DNA of 64,000 nt, taken from the NCBI RefSeq assembly GCF_009914755.1, contig NC_060928.1, one strand, 5' to 3'. A program made the translations under genes and the position numbers. Shown here in pieces: positions 39,601 through 51,813 of this stretch. Source of the DNA: the human T2T-CHM13v2.0 reference genome, Homo sapiens. The notes under the pieces are model-generated. The model saw only the letters and a program-made list of their open reading frames with translations. It ran no database searches and was not told where the DNA came from. Position 1 is the first letter of the stretch; every line of letters starts with the position of its first letter.

Positions 39601-42600
39601 AAGCATTTAGACCATTTACTTTCAATGTTAATATTGAGTTGTGAGGTACTATTCACTATTTTACTTTTTGTTAATTGTTACCTAGTATTTTGTTGTTGTT
39701 GGTAATTGTTACCTAGTGTTACCTGTTTTTTTTTGTTGTTGTTGTTGTTGTTAATTGTTACCTGGTTTTTTTTCTCACATTGTGTTACGGTTTTGTAGGT
39801 CTTGTGAATTCTAAGCTTTCAAAAGGTTCTATTTTAGTGTATAATATATATAAATATATATACGTATATAATTTTTCATTCGTATGAACTCCTTTTTAAA
39901 TTTCTTTATGATGGCTATCACCTTTCTCTGATATCTCCTTGAGTAGCTTAATATTTGATCTTCTGAATTCCTTATCTGGTGTTTCAAAGATCTCATCTTA
40001 GTTTAAGTTCATTGCTAGAGAGCTAGTGTGATCTTTGGGTGTTTTATAGCACCCTGTTTTGTTATATTACCAGAGTTACTCTTCTGGTTCCTTCTCATTT
40101 GGGCTGATTACTTCTATTCTTGAATTTATGTTTGATCTGACTTTTTTTTCTTTTTTCTCCTTAAGGATAAGACTTTAATGCTTATAGGTAGTTATAGCCC
40201 AATTCAGTTCTTGGTGCTTTCAGGGTAGAAGACTCTGTATGAGTTCCTTGGTTATAGACGGTCTTTTTATGATGGCTTTCTCATATGCTGATTGTAGTAG
40301 TAATGTGCTCTGTGTGTTAGCAAGTTTACTATCTCCTAAGGGGTTGGAATGTAAAGGTCTCTTAAAGGTTATTTAATTCCCACATCTCCTGCACTTTTTT
40401 ATTTATTTATTTTCCCCTAGTATTTTATTACTGGTTTGATGGTTCAGGCTTCAGGCCAGTAGGGGAGGTGTCCCTGAGTAGATATAGGTTGTGGCTAAAG
40501 CAGGTGGGTAAATGAAGTCCCAGGCGTGACAGAGGTGGCTGGAGGAGCTCAGTGAATCAGTCTGAGGTCTTATCAGGGGAAAGGGTTGGAGCTACCTCAG
40601 CTCCCCTGCCAGGCCAGCAGAAAATTATCCACATCTCAGACACACTCCTGTTCCAGTGTTCCAGCTATTAAGATCAGACAAGCACCTCTTTTCAATGGTA
40701 GGAATGCTGATGTTTCAAATAGAGAGGAATTGTGACTCTGTCTCTTATGCAAGCCTGAACCTGGAGGATGCTCCTCCTGTGGGTATGAAGTCACCCTGCT
40801 GTGTTCCAGAAAGGCTGTCTATAGTTGCATGAATGCTAAGCTCCCATGGGAGAAGCCCCCAGCTATGCCTATGTTTGTGCACAGGGATGGAAAGACTTCC
40901 TCTCCTCCAAGACCCTTCCTGTGCACCAGGGCTGTCTGACTGTTGGGATACAGCTGAAGACTTTCCCTGCTGAGACCAGCTCTTCAACTGTGCCACTGCT
41001 GAAGGAAGCTTTCCACCAGTGGAAAGATCTGGTTCTCAAAGCTTGCCATCGAGATTCTTTTGTCTCACAGGGTTTTCCCTTGATGTGGTGCACTTCCACT
41101 TCCCCTAGGAGTGGGAGTCCATGAGGGCTAGACTACTGTGAATGTTGTTGCTCCTCTGGGTCTAGCTGCCCAGTGAGTTTGCCACACTCCAGGCTGGTGT
41201 TGGGGAATGTCTGCAACGGATCTGGTGATGTGACCTGTCCTGAAGTTTCCCAGCAGTGGGTAGCAGCACCAACTCTAATGGGGGTGTCAGGGGAGTGACA
41301 GAGATTCTGTGAAATTCCTTGGATTTTGATCACCTTATTGTGTTGGCTTTCTTGAATGACAGTGATAGTAGAAATAAATTGATCACGTGGATGGACTCAG
41401 GACCTCCTGGTTAGCCAGAGTGGTGCAGGCAGTAGTGATAAATGAGATGGTGCAGCCATTTTCTCTTTCCTGGGTGCAGTGTTATTCTACCAGGAGATGC
41501 TGTGGTGGACTGTGTTAATTTGTCTCCAGCCACGAGGTGGTGCTGGCAAAAGAGAACCAGCTATGGTAATAGCAATGGGATGTGTGTTTGCCTTATATTG
41601 TCAGGTATGGCAGGGAGGGGTGGGTATACTCTGGTTTCTCAGGCAATAGGTGGGGCCATAGAACTCCCATGAGATTCTGTCCTTTGTGTTAAGCTACTAG
41701 GGCAGGTGGCAGGGCAAAGCCAGGTAGGGGCTGGGTCAGGTGGGTTTGCATTCTGAGTCTCTGCATGCAGGACAAGCAGCAGCCTCTGTGTTGGAGGACA
41801 GGAGTGGGTCTCAGGCCACTGGCATGATGTTCCAGAGTGGAGCATTGCTGCCTGTGCTTCACAGAAGAGTTTGTGCAGGGAGTGGGGTATAGCAGGCAGT
41901 GGTGAGACCCACAGTTCCCACGCACCTGGCAAGGCAGATCCACTCCCACAGTGTTCCACTGGCAGCAGCAAGCTGAGTTCCAGTCAGCCTGTAATCAGAA
42001 CTTGCCACTGCCTGGAGTCGTAAGCTTTTCCCTTGGAGATTTCAGCTGTGGCTTCCAGGGCATGCTATTCCCTGTGCACTGCAGAGCTGGCGCCTGGCTC
42101 CTGCACCCACTGGCTTCTGCACTGGCACGTCCTGCACTCATGACTCCTGCACTTGCACTCTCCCTCGCCCCGGCCCTGACCAAGGGGGTTCATCCCTACC
42201 CAAGTTTATATCATGAAACCCTGTTGGGAACTTCTTTCAACCTATGACCACCACCTGAAATTTTTGGCTGTCCTCTGCAGCATCCCCTGTGAGGAACTGT
42301 AAGGAATGGCTGTCCGCAGTCCATGCTGGGATCTGAGATCCATGCAAGTGTCTTTCTGCTGCTGTTTCTGCTTCTATACTCTATGACCCTGCACAAGTGG
42401 GTTCCTGCATTAGATGGGGTTAGGGCCTGGTCTTTCAGGGTCCCCAGTGGAAGTGTGTATCCTAAAGGCAAACTCTCCCTCTCTCATGATCTGGGCACTC
42501 ACCGCTGTTCACCTGACTCAGTGTAGGCTGTAGCCTCCTGCTTCCTTCAAAGGGTCCATAGATTTCTTAGATTTTCCTGTATAGTTTCTGCATTGCTTCT

Positions 42601-42690
42601 TGAAAAACAGTTCACGACATGAATCTCAACACACAAGTTTTGTCCTTCCAAGTGGGAAAGAAATGTTAGCAATGCCTCAAATCCGCTGAA
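36656..42690 (-). mobile_element. L1PB-type LINE-1 with intact 5' end but missing 3' end
   Basis: ORF2 remnants in the track (36663-36995 NKCCWENWQATCRRMKLD; 37409-37612; 38670-38918), long GC-richer 5' UTR ~40.2-42.7 kb ending gttagcaatgcctcaaatccgc; no 3' UTR or poly-A. Confidence 0.88.
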
Positions 42691-45600
42691 ACAACAACAA
42701 GAACAACAAAACACAAAAAAACTATCCACAATTTTAAGTGGCTTTAAAATTAGTATAATAGTTTGACTTATCTGGTAATTTCTTATGTTCGCAGATAGAA
42801 AACTTTTTCATATCCCTCTATTTCCTAAGCAGAGGACTATTAGGTTAATTCATGGCTACTCCCTCTCCCTTGCTTCTATTCTCCTGGCAATACTTTTTCT
42901 CATAGTTTTTTTTTTTTTTTTGGTATGGTTATTTTCTATCCATTATTCTTGCCATAACCCCATTAAAGTCCTGACCCCATTCTTATTTACATATCCCTCA
43001 TATCCAGGTTTATTTTCCTAAATTGGTAAATTCTCCATGTTTTAAATTCTCCATGTCATAAAAAGACTGATGCCACTTTTATATTTGTTTAAATGTCTAC
43101 TTATTTCCTTTAAGAAGTCTTTGGATTGTTACTTAAGATTTTGTACACAATATGCCCAAACCTATCCATGTTGTGTTACATAAGATTTGATTTTGGAGAC
43201 GAACCCACATCTGCAATTATAATAAGAAGCCTACCATCTACAGTGGTCTTTCTGATACAAGACTGTGATATGCTAACATATTTTTCAAAAAACATGTTAT
43301 TACCTAATATGTTGCACTGATGATGAACTTATTCAACAAGAGGGCTTAACTGCCTGCCTACAACATTACTTCTTCTATGTTGATTATGCAAAGAATTAAC
43401 TAAATAAAAAGCATATATAAAACTTTGTATATTTGGTTTATATTTTGAATCACTTCCAGTTCTAGTATGCCCATTATAGACCCATTTATAAATTAAAAAA
43501 TGTGAACACACATATTTTAACTATTGTTGAAAAATATGAATGTTTCTGTTGTTTAACAAAGTTAAAATTTGGAAAGAAGGGAAGAAAACAGGAAGATAAC
43601 AGATTTAAAATCCTAAGCCGTGTGTTGAGGATTAATTTACTGAGGAGTATTATTCTACCATTAAGTTTGCTTTGACATTAAATTATAAAGCAAACTATAT
43701 TCTGCAAAAGAAATCCTATGACTGTGGCGACAAAATAATAAATAATTTATATTGACAACAAAAACTGTTTTCTTACAAAGCATCTGAAAGCTAAATGCAT
43801 GAATAGTTCCCCTGATGCTGTCTCCTTGTGAGTGTGCACATGTGTTCTACTTCAGGGATATAGAAGTGGCTAAAAGTGATTTTTTTTTTAATATAACAAC
43901 ATCAAATAGTATGAGAGACTGAAAAGCCAATTGTTGTCAATGAACCAATAATAAAAAGACAATACATTTTACATATAAAGATTTCAATTTAGAGCAAAGA
44001 TATGCTAGTTGATTTTAGAAAGTATCTTTGCTGCCTGGGCATGATAAAATTTTTAGGAACTTTCCCAAGTTAGAATATTTTTTCTGTCTTAGTAGATGTT
44101 CTGTTAGTAGGTCATTTTCCCACTAACTCTTTTTGAACAATTTAGGTTTATGCAACTGTTTGACTTTAATGCTACATTTTTCTGTGACCATTGTATATTT
44201 GTTTTTCAATTGCATAAAATTTGGTTTGATGACAGACCACGAGAAAGACTGATGTAATAGTAGATATATTGTCAGGAGGGCAAACCAAAAAATCGTGTAA
44301 ATTCACCTGGCATAAAATTAAAATGTTATGAAAAATGTCAGGGAAAGTTTACTGACTGTACAAATTACTTGTAAAAAGAAATGGTACAAAAATGGTCTCG
44401 TGATTAGAATAATAGAAAATATTGCAGCAGAGGTTAATTTTATATTTGAACGTCATTGCATTAGTCCCATTGAAGTGACTTTTTTTAGTCAAAATTAGTC
44501 CCTGTGTGGCATGTATTAGCAGGGCTTATTAATCTAAATTAATGAAAATATGTTTGGGGATGTTGGTTTATTACCGAATTACATGAAATCAAATTTTTAA
44601 TAAGTTTAGAAAGCCATGTGTTTCTGAAAGTAGGGCTTATGAGATGCACAGGAAGTTCACTTTTGGAAACAAAAAATAGTCATCTTCGAAAGTCACTAAT
44701 AAGTAATAACCATTTTTGTTACTCTAGATATGTTATAGTACTGATAGTATGTTGAAAAGAGTCCATGAGTGAGGAAAATAAACAATGGTTTCAACTTAAA
44801 CCAAAATTAAAAAAAAATCATGGGGTCAAACATTCTGAATTACAGATATTTATCTAGGATCAAACTGTAGTTCTATGGGCAACTTTACAGAGGATGCTTT
44901 AGGGTGAGTAGCAATTAGTAGGTATATATTTAACATAGACTAATGAGTCTCTTAAACAACAAACAAGGCCAGCTAACGTTAAATCAAGGTGAAAAATTAC
45001 ATATTAACCAGAAGAAGGCATGTCTAATGGGTTAATGAATATAATCCAAACCCAAAACAAAAGACCTTAAACTTTTTGACTCTTCAGTAGACCTTTAAAA
45101 GGATGAGAAACTCTAAAGAGTGATGTTAGCAATAACAAAGAAGGATATTTTACTATGATGGCCACAGGACAGGCTTTGATATCTGGAGATATATCACTAA
45201 ATTTCCACTGCATTTTGGGCCCATGACAAAAGCTTTAGTGAAACTTACAAGAAGTACAGTAGCCCGACAGCAGTTTTAGTACTTTGAAAAAGGGAAGCAG
45301 CATACACTAAACAGTAGCCTAAGTGAAATGTATTTTGTCCCCATTTCAAAGCAGAAAAAAAATATTTTCTGGGAGAAGATGAAGCATGTGAAGATGAACT
45401 GGGTAACAGGAAACCTTGTGAGCTAGTACCAGGTAAATGAGCCAAGTAGATGATGTATATATGAAGTCATAGCGTGAAGCCAGTCACTCTTCTCAATGAT
45501 AAATTCTCACAACATTGTGCAGTTAACTGACTGCAACAGAAGCACAGTGGTTCGGTTTTGTTTAAATGCAGCCAGTCAATAAAATAAAAACACCTAAGAA

Positions 45601-46487
45601 CATGAAATTGTCTGGCTTTATTAGAGGATGATCTGTACATGAAGCATTCTTAAGGAAGATGCAAACTTGCACTGAATATTTTCATGGACAAATATTTTGT
45701 CTTTTAAAGTCATTATTTCCTTTCTCTTCCTCTATTCAGCCACTTAATTAGCAATAATATTAAATGCCTTTGGCAGAAAACCCTGTAAAAATTTGTGTTA
45801 GATATCAAATAGAATTAAATTTGGAATACATAGTTAATTGCTAAGTGAAAATCTCCATATTATAGTTTAGCAGTGTTCTGATATTGAAAATACGGTCTCT
45901 GTCATAAAAAAGTTTATAGGTTAGGTGCAGTCTAAGTATATTTGTTTTTCGAATATGTAAATAACTTGGTACCAATTATGAAAAGAAATAAGATAAAAAG
46001 TCACAAAAACACCAAGGCTCGAATTTATTCCTGTATAAGTATTAATTACACATGGTGTCGTACTACTAAACTTTAAAATGAGATACTATTGTGTTGTTTT
46101 ATTTCAAATACAGCTGTCACTATTTGTATTTTTATGTATCTCTGAAATGAAAACCTTGCCTATCTGTTATTCAATGTATAGGAGACAGATCTATACAACT
46201 ACAAATACCTGGAATACGAAGGAAGATTTACTTAGTGTGGGAAGTAATTGACATAGTTTTTATCAAGCTCAGTGTTTTTTGTTTGTTTGTTTGCCATGGC
46301 TGAGAATGAAGAATAAAAGCAGGCTTTGTGCTATGCAAAAGGACACTGTACTCAAGCCTCTCATGTACTCCTTCTCTCTCTCTCTCTGCCTGCCGCCATC
46401 CCCCCTCCAACACACACATAAAAGAGCCTCAATAATGAAAGTTGTAATCTAATGAATTCTTTTCAGCTTTGCTTTAGTTCAACTTGT

Positions 46488-46680
46488 TGTGGTGGTATGT
46501 AGGAGCTGGCTTTTAGCCACTCAAAAAAGCTGATTGTTCAAATTGGAGGAATTTTGAGAGCCAACTGACATCATGTTTGAAACTGACCGTATTGGGAATA
46601 TTTATAACACAGAAATCAGCAAATGCTACCAATCAGGGTTCTCCCCTCTTTTCCTAGCAACAGATACAAAGACATCACTG
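46488..46680 (+). mobile_element. MER63A (hAT-Blackjack) MITE
   Basis: gtggtatgtaggagctggc…gctgattgttcaaatt…ggaattttgagagcc…gaaatcagcaaatgctaccaatcaggg…catcactg. Confidence 0.75.
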
Positions 46681-46689
46681 GCTATTTGT

Positions 46690-47050
46690 CACTGTGGATC
46701 ATGATTTCTTCTTTGAACTCTTTGACTTCTATGAGAGACCTTTTTATTTTTTCAGGCTGTGATCTTCTGTCTAGGCTTGCTCTTTTGTGATTGCCTATAG
46801 GAAGTCCTGCTCTTCTACCTTCTTTAAGTGCATCTGTTCCTGAGGGGTTTGTCCTAAGGCTTTTCTATTCTCACTTTATGTTCTTTCCATGTGGGAACTT
46901 TGCCACTTCAGTGTCCTTAAATAGCCTGCAACACTTTCTGGAGCTCTAAGACTACTGATTCCATTGCCATCTAAGCAACTCCTCCTATAATTCCTATAGG
47001 GGACATCAGTCTCAACCTATACAGAACAGAACACTTCTAATATCCATGTG
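46690..47050 (+). mobile_element. L2 fragment
   Basis: gttcctgaggggttttgtcctaaggcttttctattctcac…ggagctctaagactact. Confidence 0.5.
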
Positions 47051-48009
47051 CTCACCTACGTTACTGATCATGGTGCTTCCTGTTTACAGTCCTCTCTCAG
47101 CTTCCCATTCATGAGTATAACCTGCAAACCCATTACCATGCTGTACCAGGCCACACATGGAGTGTCCCCTTTCCACATGTCTTTAGCTTCATTATTTATC
47201 ATCTATACCTCTTTTCTTAAAACTTAAGTATACTAAGTTACTGAAAATCCTGCTTCTGTACTATAACACAGGGCCAGAGATATGTGCTGGTGCCTGGGAA
47301 ACAGAGAAGAAGATGCATTGGAAGATGTTTGTCATCAGAGCAAGATATCTAACTTTTGCTGGATTATCTAGTAACTTATCTCATGAAGACCCTGCAAGGT
47401 GGGGTTGTTTCAAACCTAAGTCCCTGGAGCAATGTAAAAATACTAGTTACAAAGTTCCAGTACCTGATATGGCCTAGGAGCTACAGGCCTTTGATGGTCT
47501 TCAGCAAAGCTTCTTTTACCAGGTAAATAACTAGAGTCTGGGCATCTGTGGGGGTTATTATTCTGCCTACCATGTGTTCCAAAGATACAATTAGGTGGAA
47601 GAAAAAGGTACTAGCCTTTAAACTTCAGTTTACTCCTTTCTATTATTGCCAAAGACCTGTTTGGGGAATTTCTACAAAGTCTGTAGCTTCTCTCACCACT
47701 CTGTGGCTCCTACCACTAATGGTTTCACAACTTGGTCCTTTCCCCTCATTCCGCATCCTTGGAATAAAGGATACGGAAATTGACTACACTGTGACTGACT
47801 TAGACACCATCTCCTTAGATTGTTTGATCCCCAAAGATAGTTTCAGAGCATTATGCCTCCCCAACTCACAGTTAGTGAAGTGCCCTGAGATTTGTCAACT
47901 GGCACTTGTCTCCCAGACTTAAAATTCTGACAGACTGTGATTTAACCAACTTTCACTCACCCTATGTTCTCCCTTCTCTATATAACATTTCAGAATCTAG
48001 TTTTGTTTT

Positions 48010-48066
48010 TCCTTCCTTCCTTCCTCCCTCCCTCCCTCCCTCCTTTCCTTCTTTCCCTCCCTCCCT
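48010..48066. repeat. (CCTT/CCTC)n polypyrimidine repeat
   Basis: Read directly. Confidence 0.9.
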
Positions 48067-48399
48067 CATCTTTAAAATTAGAAATGATACAAAGTTAATT
48101 GGAACAAGACAAAGAAAACAAAATATTTATCCTAAATGAAGTGATAACTGCAATATATGACTACAGAACAGGAGCTAGAAACAGTTCTATAGAACTAGCT
48201 AAAGAAAGTAAAAGTCATCTAGACCAAATTCTTATTTGCTTTCAGATTATGCAAGTATAGCTTTTGTTTCTATATTCCTCTAAAAACATTGCACTTTGAA
48301 ATACTACATAATAATATTTAAATCATTATTTTACTCCTTTACCCTTTAAAAATGATATCCATGTTTTTCTGAAACATCATCTGCTATTTGTCTTCTCCT

Positions 48400-49560
48400 C
48401 AAAAATATTTTCAGAATCAAATAATTTTCTCATCACTTTCATTGCTACTACCCACACATCCATCCTCTTTCCCTTGGGTCACTGGAATACTTCCTGACTG
48501 GTGTCTCTGCCTTATGCCTTGATTCCACTGCTCCCTGCCCATGCCCTCATATCAGGAAGTCAGATGATTGTTTTTCAAATCTAATCTGATTACAATCACA
48601 TTACTCCTGCTTAAAATCTTTCAAAACTTCCTCTCTTTCTCAGAGAGAAGGCCACGACCCTTACCTCAAGGGCAGAGCTGTGTGATGTGCTGGCTATTAA
48701 TTCTCCCTGCAGTCACTCTCATCCAGCCTTACATCCTCTTTGCTGTTCTTTGAATACTCCAAGTTTCCACCTGTCTCAAGTACCTTTGCTGCTTGCTGTC
48801 CCTGTGCCAGGAACTTGGTTCCCATTGTATCCATTTGGCCTTCTCCCTCATCACCATCAGGTTTCTGCTCAAATGTCAAACTCACTGAGGATTTCCCAGT
48901 GTGCTCTATTTTAAACAAGCTCCCTCTCCTTGGCCCCACATTTTCTAGACTCACTTTCTCTTTCATTTGTTGTCTAGATCACTAATTGTTTCCTATTTTG
49001 CTTTACTTAGAGTACTATAAACTTTCCTTTTAAGATATAAAAAATAAACTTCATGATAGTATAATTTCTATTTGATTCATTATCCCTACATTCCATGAAA
49101 ATGCCTCCCCATGATCGGTACACAATGAGTAGTTTTTAAATTAATAAATGAATGAATGGATGAAAAATTTTCTACCTGCTTGGTTATTTCTTCTAGGTAT
49201 CATACACGCCCTCTCCCATCATGGCATCCTTCTGCTAATCTTTTTTTTTTTGCCATTCCCTGGGATTCTAAATCTTGGCCTTGTCTTCTCACTTCATACA
49301 TGTCCCTTGGTTGTTTTCACCTATTCTCAGCTGCAAAAGCATCTTCACTGCTCTATTTTAGCTTCACGATCCTGCATTCCGTTTTCTATATCATGGACAG
49401 AATATTCTTTCTAAAACCCTAATATTTTCAGATTACTACTATTGTGCTTGAATGGCTGTCATTGATTTTTATACCCTATATGACAATGCAAACAACTTAT
49501 TCTCTCATAAACTGTCCTTTACAGTTGGGTGCTTCCAAATTTTCCAAACTCCTTTAGCAC
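48400..49560 (+). mobile_element. L2 fragments, including a 3' end with (GAAT)n tail
   Basis: ttcctgactggtgtctctgc…tcctgcttaaaatctttcaa…tctgctcaaatgtca…aataaatgaatgaatggatga at ~49143-49161. Confidence 0.75.
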
Positions 49561-50501
49561 TCCAATTTAATTAATAGTGTCCTTTATCATCATGGAATCT
49601 TGAATTCATATATTGATATAAATCACCTCAGCATCTCTACAGAATTTGCAATGTTAGAAAATAAACATTTTTGACTATGACAAAATTAGGTATTTTAGCA
49701 AAAAGAGAACCTTTAAAACTGAGTAAAGAAGATCAAGTTTTTCTCTGACCCTTGTTTAAACCATCGCACATGTTATCCTTCTCTTATACCTTGTGGCCAT
49801 GGTAATGATAATGCTGTACTAAAGAGATAATTAAAAAGAAATTCAAACTGTGAATAAATTTTGATGAAGAACTCTTTCTGTGACACATTCTCAGTACTTA
49901 TCATTGTGCCTTACATATAACAGTAACTCTGTGGATGATCAAGTGCTATGTCAAGGCCTGTCATATCATATCTTCTTTTGATATATTTAGAAGTAATCGA
50001 ATTCATGAGCTCTTGATTAATTACATTATAACAATGTAGGATTGTTATATATTGTGGCACAATCTAATGTTTGCACACAATTATAGTATATTTCCTCTTT
50101 AGTACAACTTATGATCATAGATCTCATTTGATGAATTTTAGAATTGTTTTATAAGATTAGCAATTAAGTACTTTAAAGTACATGAATATTTTAATTGCAT
50201 AAATAATAAATATTCACTTTGGAAAACGTTGAAGGTAGTGTCAAGGTGCCAAAAGGCAACTGTAATGTATCTGACTAATGTAGGATAGCAAATATTAGTT
50301 CCTGTATTGTATATTTTCCTGTCTCATATCTAAGCATACTTTTATTTTTCCTATCAAAACCATTATAAAGTAAATATGTTTGAATATTCTTTTAAAAGAA
50401 ATATTTCAATTATCTGATGTGATGAAATCATCTTTTGTAAGAGATTTTTTAATGGCTATATAGAATATAATATCAATATTAAATACTTTAAGATCCATAT
50501 A

Positions 50502-51376
50502 TATTGCGGGATCTGGCCAGCAGCCCGCAATGCAACGGGGCTCTTTCTTTGTTCCCAGGCAGATCGGCAGGTCGAAAAATAATAGACACACACAAGATAG
50601 TGAAAGCTGGGTCCAGGGGGGTCACCACCTTCTGGTCCCGCAATGCTGCCAATGCACTGGATATACCAGCATTTATTATTAAGTTTAGTGAGGGCGGGGG
50701 TAGGTTAGTGAGGGATTTAGGGTCATTTGATTATGAGGTGAGATGGTCACATGGGGATGAAGTAATTCTTTAACATAACATCTGTATGCAGAAGTACAGT
50801 ATACAGAGATAAGAATTTACAATATAGTGTGTGCATTAGTAATTTCTAACAGAGCCTTAAAACAGAAACACAGTCTTTCCAAAACCTATGATTAGCAAGA
50901 TATTAATCAGCAGTAACAATTGCAGCAAAAGCTGATTACAAACAATCCATAGAAACAGGATGTGAAGCTAGACAACCAGTTAGACCAGAAATTCTCAGAA
51001 GGGAGTATGCCTTAACCCTGAAGAGGACTAGAAGAGCCATGGCAAGATGAGGGCGTTTATAGCCCTATCTTATCCATATGGACAGGCGCCCCTCATGCAT
51101 CTGTTTATAGGCTCTCCACAAGGGTCGCATTCCATTCCCACAGCTATGAACATCTGCTTTTCTGGGATAGGAATCTTGGTGATGTGAAACCTCCCTGGCT
51201 GCACGTCCCTTCATAGGCTCTCTGCAGGGGGAAGCACATCACGTGCTGTTGGCTCATTCTGGCAGTCCAACCTGGCATTGTCTTTACACAATCCTGCATG
51301 CAATTTTGTATTTACAATAATCAGGAGCATTTCATCTTTTATTCCATAGCAATAGTTTTCAGGGGGTCTCCTTACA
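50502..51376 (-). mobile_element. MER11D-type (HERV-K HML-7) 3' LTR
   Basis: Minus strand runs tgtaaggagacccc…gggctataaacgccc…aataaatgctgg…ggccagatcccgcaata, preceded by polypurine tract agagaaatggaggaga; CpGs largely retained. Confidence 0.88.
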
Positions 51377-51813
51377 TCTCCTCCATTTCTCTGATTTAAA
51401 TGAACCGTAGCAATCATAGCTTGGTGCTGATCACGATTGGAATGAAGAAAAATTTTTCCAATTTTACACATGAATAATAAACCAATAGCACAAATTATAC
51501 ACAGAACAAAGTTAACAGTAGTGGATCCTCCCAAATGTTTTACCCATTGAATGGGGTTGAGATTAGATAAACCCTCAGAGATACCATCTAAAACTTCAGC
51601 ACCGGGTAAAGCAGTTAAGTGTGCTTGAGAGGCCTCAAAAATCTGTTCTTTTAGCTTGCTTATGTCTAAACTTAAATTATCTTCACTTCCTTATAAATGG
51701 CGTTTTACTTTTTCCCAATTGTGAACAGACTCATTATATTGGAATGGAGTTACACAAAAATCAGAAGTATTCCAATCACATTGCATTTGCAATCTATGTT
51801 CTAAACTCATAAT
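51377..51813 (-). pseudogene. env: HERV-K (HML-7-type) env transmembrane-subunit C-terminal remnant
   Basis: Translation [115 protein letters not shown]…QRNGGD is clearly homologous to HERV-K Env TM ([19 protein letters not shown]); one in-frame stop. Confidence 0.93.

Noticed and set aside
40400-42690. GC-richer region with many short ORFs as a promoter or gene
   Set aside because: It is the L1PB 5' UTR; CpGs are decayed and the ORFs are incidental.
51211-51534. 107-aa ORF as a co-opted Env or new membrane protein
   Set aside because: It starts at a non-ATG codon, is only the TM/cytoplasmic tail reading into the LTR, has an in-frame stop upstream, and has no 5' LTR or signal peptide.
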